Source: Pseudogymnoascus verrucosus (taxonomy: Eukaryota). From it: a stretch of 64,000 bases of DNA. How positions within the stretch are numbered: position 1 is the stretch's first letter; each line of letters opens with the position of its first letter. The stretch is from NCBI GenBank assembly GCA_001662655.1, contig KV460244.1; one strand, 5' to 3'. A program made the position numbers and the translations under genes. Positions 11,060 through 23,800 of the stretch are shown here, piece after piece. Below the pieces are notes generated by a model. The model did not search any database. It was given only the letters and a program-made list of their open reading frames with translations, and was not told where the DNA came from.

Positions 11060-13414
11060 CTATTCCAAGCTACTAAGCTGGACGTGAAAGTAAATCAGAG
11101 TCCCTCCGAGCCCCCAAACGCTTTCAAAAGTAGCATCCTCGCCGACTACCATCCTGTACACGGTTCTGGCATACTCGCCTGCTTTCTTCGAATTTTCCAC
11201 AGCCTTGTTCATCAAAAATATATTTCGAAGAAGAACAAAAGCTTCCACAAGATAATCCTGGAGCATCCCCCATCGCTCGATTGAAAATGGCGTCTGTGGA
11301 GAGTCGGTGCCACTTATGAGAAACCCTAGCCCAGTAAGAATTTTACCGGCAGCTACGATGCAATTTCTCGACTGGTTTTGAGATGCATAAGCTTGTGCCA
11401 AAGCCAACTGAGGGTCCCAGACGAGACGACGAGGGACTTTGTCTGCCGGCTGAGAATATGTCTGGTTCAATTCACCAACCAATCGCTCGATCCGTTTCAA
11501 TGCGCCACTTCCCAATGAAGTTACCTTAAATGCCGTCTCTATGCTCTTTCTCAGCATTTCTCGCTTCCGCAAAACAGGAGGAGCTGTAGATTTGTTATCA
11601 GAGCATATGGAGCATGCACATTCAAATTCCCAATTCTCGAATTTTTTTTGGGCGTCTGTCGCATCGCCTTTGATGGGGCAGCGGTACCAGAATGAGAGCT
11701 CGGTGTCTTTTTTGATGTCGCAGGTTGCACGGATAATCATCATGTCGCCGATAAATGATCGACGGGTGTTGCTGGTGCAGCTGTGGTTGATGTATGACGA
11801 TTGGGTCCAAATGCCGGTGGAATGAAAGGCACTATCTGGCTCTTCCTTATGGTCGCGAACTTTTTGTTGCGAGTTGATGCTGGAGAGTGGACAGCCAAAA
11901 GAGTTGAAGGCGATGGTTCGCTCCACCTGAAAACTATCAAAGCATGTTAGTAGAGCAAGTTGATTTTAGAGGGGTACTAACGTATCAACTATTGGTGTCT
12001 GGTCGACGACTGTCATGTCAACTCCTTTGTAATCCCCATGGTACAGATCCATGAAAGCTGAAGAAACCGAAGGATTATGGTACATCTTCTGAGCAATACT
12101 CGTAAGAAGATCAGCTTGTGTTCCCATAAAAGCTGTATTGGTTTCTGTGTTCATCAGGATGCTAATCGTCGATTCGCCTGCTTTTTTGGCATCCGATTCC
12201 TCGGGGGCGTAACAGTGAGCAAAGGCTTTCTCGCATAAAAGCAAGTCACCCGCTTTCACATCTTTTGTGACAAATAGTCCTCGGCCCTTGGATGCGGTCT
12301 GCCTGACTTCGATAGGCCCAATGTAGGTAGCATGATCCAGGTGAGGAGGCCTGAGCTTTTTGGCCTCTGCCTGAAGAAGTTTGAAGTCGAATTCTCCTGT
12401 CTTCTGCTCCTTCAGCCGGCTTTTGGCACGGTCCAGCGACGCACGAGCAAGAACATTGAGTGGATAAAGGCGGCAAAGCATCGCAAGTACGTTGTAGCAT
12501 TCATCGAAGCGCCCGAGATGGTACAGGGCCTCTCCCGCCCTGAACATCGCTTTCTCAGAAGCATTCTCGCCAAAGTTGGAAAATCCTGTATCGGATAGGG
12601 CGGCGTCAAATTGTTTCGTCCGGAGAAAGGCGAGAGATCTGTTGCGCTTGATAGTGTCTGCCTCGTCGGCCGAAGTTGGTTGTGCAAGTGCATCAGAGTA
12701 ACTACGGGGCCATCAGTATGAAATATGCTTGCTTGATGAATATACTCACATAGCAATAGATTCCCAGAATTTGCCTTCTTTCATTGCCAAGTTCCCCTTC
12801 AGCTTCAATTCCTCGGCCGACACCTCAACTTCGATGACACGCGGTTGCCAATCTGATGGGATCCTATCATCGCTGCTCTTGAGCTGAACAATATCAGAGA
12901 GATGGTCTGCACGCAACCCATACTCTCCATCGCTCATCATCTTGTAGTAGGGTTCCTTCACAAGAAGTATAATCCCCGTATCCGCGATGTCAGTTGCAGG
13001 CCGTGTTTCCTCATTTTCCTGCTGGTACATCTGTAACGACACAACATCCTTGTTTTTGTCTTCGGCCAGCACCATTATGGCCGTCATCCGGTTGGGGGGT
13101 GTAATGCATCGTAGCAGTATATACCTGCCTCGGTGATGCGTCTCGAGTAGAAGCTCATCAATCGTGATATGTTTGAGATCGGCCACTGGAGTGGTGCATG
13201 GAGGATATGCTGGTGCAATGAATGATGTATGAATAAAATAGCCGGGTTTGTTTTGACCCACGGGCCTCATGGACATCATGAACCTCATGTACGCATATTC
13301 GGGGGGCTTTCGATCGTTGGGTCGCTCACCTTGACGTTTTTTGGCTTCCTCCAAAGTCTTCTTGAACTTGTTCAAGAGATCCACATGCTGTGAGCTAACA
13401 TCATGAGCATCCAT
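11060..13414 (-). CDS. TPR + SET domain protein (putative lysine methyltransferase), 3 exons
   Basis: TPR helices (KLKGNLAMKEGKFWESI, KAMFRAGEAL), split SET (KGRGLFVTKDVKAGDLLLCEKAF ... SYINHSC ... ELSFWY) and post-SET FECACSIC. Introns near 12700-12748 and 11929-11982. Confidence 0.88.
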
Positions 13415-14030
13415 CTGAAGCAATAGCTATTGTTTTGCTCTGGTTGTGTGGTGGTTTTGTGTTGACTGATGCTGCGAGTAAGACAGCCAGTTTCCAAAAA
13501 TGTTGTTGTAATATTTCACCCTGTCATCACGAACGAAACTAGGCTGTCAACCCTTTTTAGGACCTATAATCCTCCTTATTCAAACAGTAGTCCAACAGTT
13601 TTCTTTGTTTGTTTGCTAGTGCAATTACTACATTACTACTCTTGCACGTACTAGATGATTCCTCGGTCCCGCCGGGAGCCTACTGCTGATACAGTAGCAG
13701 CACATATCACACATATCACCAAACGAGGCTCGCAATCAAATAATCAGGTAATCACAGAACGCTCTCAAAGGAGTCTAAGTACGTTCTTAAAGGCGGCTAA
13801 GTGCGTTCTTTGGGACTCATGGAATTAGTTGACCCCAACTGCATACATAGGCCAGAATTTCTACATAAGTTGATCGCCACCCAGCACCATAAGGAACAAC
13901 ACGGTCTACAGACGATCCACCGCCCACTCAACCACACAAAGGTAAATACTTCCAGTTTTTCACGTATCAAGTCATAATTGCTCACCTACATACAGCTTTT
14001 CATTCTCACGGTTGCCACCTACAAGTCAAG

Positions 14031-14487
14031 ATGCCTATCTCCGAAGAGAAACAGAAGGTCATCTCAAAAGCCATCGAAGACTGTGGCTTATCGCCCGATC
14101 TATTCGAAACATTCAAGAAGATCGCTGAGGATGATGATGGATTCGGCAATGACGCTTTATACCGTTGCATCGTCCAAGCTGGCAAGACTATCAAAGTTTT
14201 GAAGGAGACATTCAATGAGACTATCCTGCTATCCTTAGCCAAATTATGCCCATGTTTCGTCAACTCCAGGCCGACAATGACCCCCGCAAGGGCAAGATTG
14301 AATCCGATCGTAAGTTTCATGCAAAGCTCTCGATAGAACCTTGTTAACTCAGGTTTGTTCTAGCTTCCACCGTACGATTGTACCTTTCCGCTCCCGTCGC
14401 CCTCAGCAAGCCACCAACCATGCCCGCCAACAAGGAACCAGAGCAGGAGAAGTGACAAAGGCCGGTTTGAGAAATGGCTTTCGATGA
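14031..14487 (+). CDS. Hypothetical small two-exon protein
   Basis: ATG at 14031, GTAAGT donor at 14310, TTAAC branch and TAG acceptor at 14363; the second exon stays open to TGA at 14485-14487. No recognised family. Confidence 0.4.
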
Positions 14488-16016
14488 AGGGGGCTACTAT
14501 GGACGCAAGGTGGAATGAGATAACAGTAATTGAATGTCAAACTTGATCCTGTGCCCACTTGTGTAATGCTCCATATGCTATTGAAACTCATAAATTGTGA
14601 TGTTATATTTGGGTACGATCACGGAAAGGCTTCTCATTCAGCCTTCTATCTACCAACGGCCTTCAGCCAACAATTCCCATTTGCCTCCGCTCACTCTCGA
14701 GCAACGTCGCATCGAGAATGCACTTTCAGGACGGTTTTTGTTTATACCAAACGGATTCACGGGTGCTAGAGTGATGTACGCGGCAAATCACAGATAGATC
14801 CCCCCCTAAAAGCGAACACATTGCGCGGAAGTAGCTGGCAAGCTGTCAGGAAGCGGTGGTGCAGGGAGTTGAAGAGAGGAAAACATGAGGATACAAGTAG
14901 GTACGGGACAAACCCATATTTTAAGCTTCCTGCCTCGCAACCCCTCGCCTTTCCGATGGGACACAGCAACAAACAGACAGCTCAAACCCAACAGAGTAGA
15001 AGAGTAGAAGAGTAGAAGCCAAGAACTTTTCGCACACATAGCACACATCATGCATCAAAATCATGCATCACGCAAACATCATACAAAATTCACATCAAAA
15101 CGTGCACGCAAAAAGCACACTCGCATCCAGCATCGTGATAATCATCATCATGAATTCAAGCAAACAGGTCGCCCACGGAATCTCTAGCTTCCAAAGACAA
15201 GACAAACGCCACATCCAATCCACACATATGCATCACAGCCACAAAGCCCTCTTCCAAGCCCCAAGAGAAGAAGGTAAAAATCGAAGAAGAAATAGAGAGA
15301 AAGAATAGAGAGATCACAACATCACAGAAAACAAAAGCCCGCAGCAAAACGAACACAATAAAGATGAAGACACCGCACAAAGATAATTCGATCGATCCAG
15401 TCAACATGCATTAAATCTCCACATCCAGCCGCCCACCCCTTTCCATCCCCCTTCGTCAAAACATAAGATAGCTAGCGCTCTCCCCTTCTCTGTCTCTCGT
15501 ATCTTGGTTCCTTGTTTCCCGTTTTCCCCAGTTTCGCAAATTTGTGCACTATTAATACAGTTTCCTCCCAACGCACGCGCCGCATATAAACGTATGATAT
15601 CCTCCACCCAACCCCCTATCCTAGTCTGCAGTCTCCTCAAAGTCGTCCACAGCTTCCTCTTGACTGCCCCCTCACACAGGGCTTGTCCTGGTATCATTAC
15701 CCTCCTAGTCGCGACGACCAACTTCCTCTCCGTCCCCTCCCCAAAAAAACGTAATAAATAAGCCAAAAACAGAAGACGTAAAACGGTTTGCGAAAAAGCA
15801 GAAAAATGCACAATCTAACTTCAGGATCCGTTTCAATCATCGGGCTTCGTCCATCAATTCGTCCGTCGTCGCGCGTTTCATTTCAACACTCAACCCAGCT
15901 TCTTGCGTTGCCGAGTTGCGTCATATACCAACCTCCACCATCTTCAAACACACACACCTCATTCTAGGCAACCCCCATCATCCCATCATCCATCATGCGG
16001 TCATAAAAGCATCGTC

Positions 16017-17999
16017 TCATGAGGAAACATCGTATCGTAAAAGCGACACCCCACCACCACCACCACCGCCATCAAGCTGCTGCTGCTGCTGTCTTGTCTC
16101 CGCCTCCACCTCCCCCAGATCCAACTCCCCACTCCCCCGGCTCGCATGTCCATTCGTGCGCGCCCTCGCAAATCCAGCTCCCCACTCCGACCCCGGCCCG
16201 CGCGGCTGCCGCTCCACAGCCCCGCCTCCCGCAGCCCCACCACGCTGCACATCCTCATACGTTGACAGCCCGTGCGACGAGCGCTGCGACCCGATCGCGC
16301 CGGCGGTGGGGATACGTGGTGCCGTGCCGCCGCGCTCATAGCCGAGCGCTAGGTTGGAGAAAGCGGCAGGCAGGTAGTCGTCGCGCGGGGGAAGCTGCGC
16401 GTTTTGGTAATCGGCGTAGCGCGCTGCGTTGTGGGAGAGGTTGGCGGGGAACGAGGAGCTCGAGAGAGCAGGCGACGAGGTGCGCGCTTGTAGGTCGCCG
16501 AAGGATTTGGCTTCGCGCAGCGAGCGTGGGGCGCCGGTCAGGGTGCCGGGAGAGCTTGGCACATCGAGGAGGGCCGAGGTGGCGTTGCGCAGGGTGTGGT
16601 AAAGCGGGTCACGCGACTCGTTGAAGTCCATTGTGGCGGCGCGGGCGAGGCCGCGGCGCGAGGTGTCGTTGTAGAGCAGGCCAGACCCCATGGATAGCGG
16701 GTTGCTGCGCTTGTCTTTGAAGATCTGCACGTGGCGCATGTCGCCGGTTCCGGCTGACTCGTGCTCAAGGCCTAGCTTGTGGGCCAGTTCGTGCAGGACG
16801 CGGCGGTAGGTCGCGGGCACGGGAGGCTCGACGACGAACATGCGTCTGGTCTCGTCGTCTTTGAAGACAACGAGGCGGCCGTAGTAGTCAAGAGTCGTGG
16901 CATCGTTCATGTCGATTTCTGTTGGTGTTAGTAGTGCAATCATAGTAAAGTGGCTTGAGGTTTGCTTACTCGTCTCTTGCTGGCCGCGCATGGACACAGG
17001 CGACGGCGAAGTGGCAGGCAGGGCAGAGGACAAAGAGGAGATGGAAGCCGAGTTGTGCACACCCATCTGCATAGGTCGGTGCTGCTCCTCAAGCTGTCCC
17101 CTCCTCTCACGCTTCTCGCGCTCGATGCGCTCCCGTTCCTGCAGCGGCAGCATCTTCTTGTACTCGACGCGGAGCTTGCGACCCTGTAGCTCCATGTGGT
17201 TCATAGCATCGATGACGGCTGCCGTCTCCTCTGGGCTCGAGAAATTCGCAAATGCAAGTCCGCGGAAAACGCCGTTGTCAAAGTGATAGTTGAAGGCGTA
17301 CGGCAGGGGCAGGTGCATTTCGGACATCACATCCGTGAGCTGCTCACGCTTGATAGCAAACGGGATATTCTTTATGACAATAGCCGTCGGAATCAGCTCC
17401 TCGGAGGCGCTGTCCTCGGTCGATGAACCCTGGCGGTCCTGTCGCTGTGGCTGCGCCAACTGGGATGCGTGGTACATCGACGGCTGGTGTCCGTTCGGCA
17501 TGCCCTGCATTGGTTGCTGGGTCTGCAAGCTGGGGTACGGCGCATTCTGCTGTTGTGGCTGGTCTAACCAGGTCTTCTGGATGTCAGCGGCGTGCCACGA
17601 GCGGCGGTCTCTCGGTGTACTCACTGCTGGCAGGGCTCCCCTCCGCGCCTGTGCCCGGTTCCGCGAGGGCGGGCCCATGGTCGAGCTGAAGGCCGCGGAA
17701 GGGTTGTTACTCCAGGTCTGCGCACCATCGTAGGCGTTGAAGGCCGGTGCCTGGTAGAGCGTCTGGGGTTGAGGGAGGCGATCGGGGCGTTGGGCATCGT
17801 AGCGCATGGCGGCGTACTCGTTTTGCAGGTATCCCTGGCCCTGCTGCTGTTGTGCGTAGGGGTCAAAGTTGCTCGAGACGGCGCGCTGTCCACCTCCGCC
17901 TCCACCGATATTTGGGTATGGGCGGTTCGAGTTTCCTGCGGGAGTCGAGCGGTTTGTTGGGTCGTGATACATTTCGTCGTAATTCAGTTGAGAGGTCAT
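16017..17999 (-). CDS. PIN4: RRM + R3H RNA-binding protein, Pin4/Cip1/Cip2 family
   Basis: PTAIVIKNIPF...LPLPYAFNYHFDNGVFRGLAFANF RRM and R3H motif RRVLHELAHKLGLEHES. ATG at 17999; two in-frame introns. Confidence 0.85.
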   Translation of the reverse strand: MTSQLNYDEMYHDPTNRSTPAGNSNRPYPNIGGGGGGQRAVSSNFDPYAQQQQGQGYLQNEYAAMRYDAQRPDRLPQPQTLYQAPAFNAYDGAQTWSNNPSAAFSSTMGPPSRNRAQARRGALPAVSTPRDRRSWHAADIQKTWLDQPQQQNAPYPSLQTQQPMQGMPNGHQPSMYHASQLAQPQRQDRQGSSTEDSASEELIPTAIVIKNIPFAIKREQLTDVMSEMHLPLPYAFNYHFDNGVFRGLAFANFSSPEETAAVIDAMNHMELQGRKLRVEYKKMLPLQERERIEREKRERRGQLEEQHRPMQMGVHNSASISSLSSALPATSPSPVSMRGQQETSKQTSSHFTMIALLTPTEIDMNDATTLDYYGRLVVFKDDETRRMFVVEPPVPATYRRVLHELAHKLGLEHESAGTGDMRHVQIFKDKRSNPLSMGSGLLYNDTSRRGLARAATMDFNESRDPLYHTLRNATSALLDVPSSPGTLTGAPRSLREAKSFGDLQARTSSPALSSSSFPANLSHNAARYADYQNAQLPPRDDYLPAAFSNLALGYERGGTAPRIPTAGAIGSQRSSHGLSTYEDVQRGGAAGGGAVERQPRGPGSEWGAGFARARTNGHASRGSGELDLGEVEAETRQQQQQLDGGGGGGGVSLLRYDVSS

Positions 18000-19741
18000 G
18001 GCGGGCAACGGCGGCGGATAGATGCAGTTCGCTCGCTCGTCGGTTTCGTTTGTTTGTGCGTCGTGAAAACCTGAACAGAAGAAGAACAAGGAGAAGAAGA
18101 AGAGAAGATCGCTGGAGAAGAGAGTCGTGAGCAGGGGATTATATGATTTTCGTGATGCTGGTTCAACAGGGCACGCTTGGCAGCTAGCTCTCTGTAGCTT
18201 CGACCCCCACGACAAAACCTTTCCTATTGGCGTCGGTCGTAGTCAGGGCGACACGACGCAGGAGAGAAGTACGGGCGGGTTGGTTGGGTATATAATAAAG
18301 ACTCTCGAGCGGCAGATGTAGCAAGAGAGAGTCGTCTAATGAGGCCAGCGAGTCGGCGTGGCGGCCGAAAGAAATGGGATGAGGGCGGGGGGGAGAGATT
18401 TGAAGCGGCGAGAAAGGGGAGGGAGAGAAGAAGGGGAGAGAGAAGCTCGTGAGGATCTTTTGTCGTGCTAAAGGACTAGCTCTCTGGGCGGGTTGTGGTG
18501 TCGGTCAAAAGTTGTTCCGCTCCGGAGTTGACCCTTTTTATTTTTCACCTAGCAACGGAAGGGCGTTAGGGAGGGAAAGTAGGGAAAATAGGGAAAATAG
18601 GGTAAATAGCGATGGGATGAAGAAAGACTGTGTAAAAATGTTAATACAATACAAATAAAATGGGATAAATGCAGGTACAGGTAAAGGATGAAACAAAGAA
18701 GTGGGAATATACAAGTTTTATTAAGTAATAGTTGGTAGTTGTAAGTAGTTTTAATAGGCAGCAGGGGGAAATTATGTTGCTCGTTCTGTTAGTAATGTTA
18801 GTAAGACCTCCCTGGTTGTGCTTGTTAGGGCGTTGCTACTAGTAACACCGAACGACACAGGACGCACGAGGCACCAAATAGAAATGAGAAGGGGCGTCTG
18901 TGAGGCTCTAGCTGTGACATATAAAGCGCGACTTGATGCACGGTAGGACGGTAGGACGTATATGAGCTTACGATATAGCATATAGTAGCTAACATTCTGA
19001 CATATAGTACTTGCATCTGCATCTGCGGAGTAATGCCGCACCGCACACTTATACACTTATACTAGCTAACATAGTTATCGCATAGTTTCGCCCGTAGGTT
19101 TATATACTAATTAGTTACTATAGTTATTACTTATCGCCCGTGAATTTATCGTAAGACCTACCTAACTTATATATACAGGAACACCAATCCCATCCTATCC
19201 CACACCACCCAACTAATAGACGACCCCGTCCGTTACGCCGCCAGTCTAAAAGTACCAATCCAGTCCAAGTCCCCTAACTAATACACCAACTTTAGCATAA
19301 CCACGCCCGGTCCCGGGACACCAACACCATAAATCTAGTGCCCGCGAGCTACGGGACATGGCGCAATGGTCTCGGCCCAGCATGATGATGTACTCTCGTA
19401 CCCCTATCCAGTACAGACCAGACGGACAAAAGCTCATTATATGTAGGAAACACACGCACGCATCAGCATCTCAGTATAATTAATAGGTAAAGCTACTACT
19501 AATTCAAGCTACTAATGCTATTTCATTTGTGTTTATTCATTACTCTCTATGCCTGCAATTGCATCGACAACTCCAATTCGTTACCCCCCATGTAAACCCG
19601 CGCATTCCCATCCATCCCTATTTTCGCTTCCAACGGTATCACTACCTCCTATAAATGACCCCCCCTTATTCGCGCCTGATCCTCTAATTTTTCCATTCCC
19701 CCCCAAAATTCCTGCCAAAAAAGTGCACACACACACACACA

Positions 19742-21851
19742 CTACTGCTTCCGTCTCCTCTTCGGACTCCCCTCATTCGCATCCCCAGTCCCCTCGTCCT
19801 TAACCTCCGTCTCCGTCCCCGTCCCCGCCCCTATCCCCGTCGTATCCCCAAAATCCAAACCCCCATCCGCAAACGCATCCCCATATCCCCCCCCAAACAC
19901 CCCACCACCCACATCCCCCGTCGCCGGATCCCCATAGTACGCCCCGGGATCAAGATACATATCGAGATCCAGATTGCTCCCCTGCGTCGCATCACCAAAA
20001 TACCCATCCGCCCCCGGCCCGGGGCCACCCCCAAGCCGCGGCGTCAACGGACTAAGCATATTCTCCACCTCCTCAATCCGCCCGTCCTGCTCGCGCTGCA
20101 TGCGCGCCAGCTCCTCGAGTTCAGAGTCCGTGTAGCCCATCTGCGCGAGGCTCTGTGGTGGTGCGGGAGGCGGCGCGAGAGCATCCATGCCAGGCGCGCT
20201 ATTACTCGCCATAGCGCGGAGGACGTCCGCACGCTGGGCAGGGGAGAGTGGCGAGGCGCCGTTGGAGTTCTCGTAGTGGTGGAGTGCGTCTGGAAAGGCC
20301 ATATCGCGGTTCTGTGGTGCGTTGGCGTTGGTGGAGTTGATTAGCTCGATGATGTTGTTTGTAGCGGGGCTAGAGGATTCGGGTTTAAGAGGGGGAGAGT
20401 TGGTGGTTGACGACTCGAAGAGTTCTTCGATTGCGCCGGGTCGGGGGGTTGGGCGGTAGTTCCCGGTGGATGCGGTTGATGGGGCGGTGGAGGTACCGTC
20501 TGCAGACGGCGGAGGCATGATGAGGCGTTGTTGGCGGCGGATAGGACTCGCGTTGGGCTGACCAGAATTCACATTCCCCAGATCAACGACGGAGCCTTGG
20601 TGGTGCTGGTCTTGCGAGTTGGCGAACATCTGCGCGATATTCGGTCCACCCTGGCCATCGAGGCTGCGGTTGTAGACTGTGGCGAGGAAGGTGAGGATGG
20701 CATTTATCGACGACTCGTGGCGGTCGTGTAGGGTCTGGAAGGCGACGGCTTGCGAGTATAGATCGTTGTGCTCCTTCCGCAGCCGCGCTATCATGCTCGA
20801 GATGTTGCCCTGCTGTTGCTGGATGTCGCGCAGCTGCTTCTGAACGACCGTGAGCGCGACAGTACCGGACTGTCCGTTGTCGGGCGCGGCAGACAGGGCG
20901 CGGACAGCGCTGGGGTGTTCGTATCCGCCGCTGAATGTCTCCTCCACGCCGTCGCGGTTATCTTCGTCACTCTCCTCTGCGCCGCCTTCCTCCTGCTTCG
21001 TGAGGCCACCCTTGCCCTTCTTCTGCGGGGTCTTGGGCTTATTGATGAGCCAGAGGAGGTTCGGATGGCCGCGCTTGAAGTATGGGTTGTAGTATTCGCT
21101 CGGACTCTTGTTCTTTCGCTCGCTCGCCTTCATCGAGTTGTCTGACAGGCCGACGCGCTTGTGGAATCCGTACATGTTCAGTTGTCTCACAAACGATGCG
21201 TAGTTGTTATGCTTAAATAGCTCCGGGATCAGGTTCTTCGCAAACTCATCTTCGTCCAACACGACGAATGAGTCGCCCCGCTCCGACCAGCGAATGAGTT
21301 CATCGTTCTTGGCATCGTCGACAAAGCTAGAATACCGTCAGCTGTGTACATCTGTGTGGCGTGGAAACTGCTTACCTATTCAACTTCTGCACAAACGGCG
21401 GGATCTGTTTCCGCTTCGCTTGTGCCTCCCTCTTCGCCACCTGCGCTCTCTCCTCGAGCCGTTCAATACTATCATTCTCGGCGTGTCCTCCAATCTGCGC
21501 ATTCGGATCAAACAACTCCTCCGTCAATCCCCATTCATTCGGGTTATCAAACTGTGTCCGCGACGCCGTCGGTACCAACTGCTGGTTCACCGGCCGCCTC
21601 GCAAGCTGCGTCGACTGTGCCGGCACAGCCTGCTGAAATGGCGCATTCGAAACCCCATTCGCACCATACTGCGCCATTCCAAAGTTCATATCCGGGAACA
21701 CCGCGTTGTCAGCCGCGCCTTGGTTCCACCTCATGTACTGCTCGTTCGTAGCCTGCTGCGGCGGCGGGAAGGGTTGGTTCTGCATGGCGAGGTTCGGGAC
21801 GGGGGACGCACCGGGCGCTGCTCTTTTTCGTGAGTTTGCAGGCGGAGGCAT
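19742..21851 (-). CDS. HSF1: Heat shock transcription factor
   Basis: HSF DNA-binding domain IPPFVQKLN|SFVDD...LFKHNNYASFVRQLNMYGFHK across intron 21327-21375, followed by a coiled coil; no receiver domain, so not Skn7. Alternative in-frame ATG at 21863. Confidence 0.9.
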
Positions 21852-23000
21852 CCACGCGGTCATCCAGGTGGGGGAAGCGGACCGGCGGCAGCGAGGGGGG
21901 GCGTCTGTGGCACGGCGTTATCGTGGCGGGGTGAAGTTTGTGTTGGTCCCCGAGGATATATGCAGGATGCCTAGCGAGGGCGACAATGAGTGTGATGTAG
22001 CCGGCGGACGGATCGGTTTGCGTTCCAAGGGTATGTGTCCAAAAAGTTGTATCGTCAACCGGTGGGTTGTTCTGGCGGATCGTGGAGGAGCGTGGAGGGT
22101 TGCTTTTATCTTTCTGGGTCGTCACCGCTTAAATGTCCACCTGAAATCGGCAGAGTGAAAGGGAATGTCTTCGTCAATGCCAGGCGGTTCAGACGGCGTC
22201 TATTGTCCGTATGAGATTTTTTAAGGTAGGCTGTGCGTCATCTGTGTCTCAGTTATTCGTGTCAATGAGACTTGTTCGTGCTGTTCGGGGAGCTGCAGCT
22301 GTGTTGCAGGATCGACTTTGTTGGGCGGGCGCAAGGAGATGCGTGGGACAGTGTCTGAAGGCTGGTTATTGAGGCTTTGAGGCGAAAGTCTCAGGTATGA
22401 TTTTATCTTTCAGGGGATTCCCATTGCCGTTTCGTCTGAGGGATGGGTCGCAATGGTCGTGAACGGTCGTAAGGCTCTGTTGTCGCGCAAATTGGGGTTT
22501 GATGCTGTTGATGTCTTGGTTTTTCAACGGATCACCATTGTCGATGATATCAGCTCACGATAGCGATCTATGTCACGTGATATATCGAGATTTCTCAGAT
22601 ATTTCATTCCCAGCATGTCAGATAAATTAGATTTCTTTATGAAAAATGAAAATAATAAAATAATACGTTCATTGATATGAAAATGTTGCTGCCTATAGAC
22701 AAAGTGTCGTCATTTGTCTGTCCTTTGAAAGGCACCTATTTAAAGAATAAGAGACATTTATTTCATATTTTATTTTTATATTTTTAGCAATATCCATGCA
22801 TCAGGAAACTGGGGGGTTTCAAATATAAACCCGGCGCTGTATCCACCTCAACTCACCTCAACCCCTCTTGATCAACCACCCCTATTTTCCCCTCATCGAG
22901 GAGAGCACAGGCATTGCAGCCTGTGGCCTGTTTCGGTTTATCATTGCATGAGAACTTTGACTTCTGAATTATAGTATTATTTTAAGTCGGCGCGGCGCGT

Positions 23001-23800
23001 CTAACCTGCCAGCTTTAGGTCCTCCTCTACTTCTTGAAGTATCTCCATCATCTGAGAATTGGGTGACTCTAGGTCATCAAAGATACTAGAGATAGACCCT
23101 AGGTAGTCAAAGATACTAGGGCTAGCTAACGGGTTAAAGATAATCTGTATTGCAGAAGGTTAGGTAAAATTTGTAAACTTAGCCCCAGAATTTCCACCTG
23201 AGCTAGATTCGCATTTAACTTACATATACAGTATCTTCTCCACCTGACGAGACTTTGATGCTGTAATCAGAACATGTGGATCCAGATCCACATATATGTG
23301 TAGTGCTTTTCTGACCGTATAGGTCAATATGATCGCTGCCAAATATTGGTGCACTCCAGGTGCTGTACGTTGTGCCAGACTTTGGGCCTGCGACGTAGCT
23401 CATTCCCCAACGACTATCATCAGTTGCACATAGGTCTCCTCCTGACGATGAGGACTTCCCAGACACATGACCTACTGAAGCACACGTTACTCCATAGCCT
23501 GTTACTTGGGCAGTTGCATTGCTGCCCTTGTCGTACTACCCATGAATGAATGATTAGCCTCAACCATTGAAAAATTCCAACAGAACTCACCATGCAGTGG
23601 ACTACTGATGTGGGAACGTCGAATGTCACTTTGAAAGGCTGGAAAGGTGTTGAATCATAATATACACATCCCTTTACATTGGCACCTATGTGGCAGCTCT
23701 TAGTTATTGGAAGAGCGGCATAGATCTTCAGCTGTTACTTACCTGCTCCGGCACTTGAGCCAAGGATGAGACATCCTAAAACAAGTGCATATAGCAACAT
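23001..23800 (-). CDS. Small secreted cysteine-containing protein, 202 aa, 4 exons
   Basis: Exons 23800-23743, 23685-23591, 23535-23224 and 23144-23001 join in frame through canonical GT-AG introns. Signal peptide MLLYALVLGCLILGSSAGA; 6 Cys in the mature part. Confidence 0.8.

Noticed and set aside
14500..16000. Short ORFs and UGCAUG-like words downstream of PIN4
   Set aside because: Low-complexity, strand-biased sequence consistent with a long 3' UTR; the motif count is not clearly above chance.
18000..18215. ORF-track N-terminal extensions of PIN4 (and likewise GH3, SNT1, TPR-SET)
   Set aside because: Most rely on TTG/GTG starts, and all run through UTR-like sequence; downstream ATGs fit the families better.
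18700..19170. TpA-rich patch suggesting a RIP-mutated repeat (also 9250-9480)
   Set aside because: No termini, coding remnant or second copy visible, so an element cannot be supported without RIP-index calculation and a genome search.
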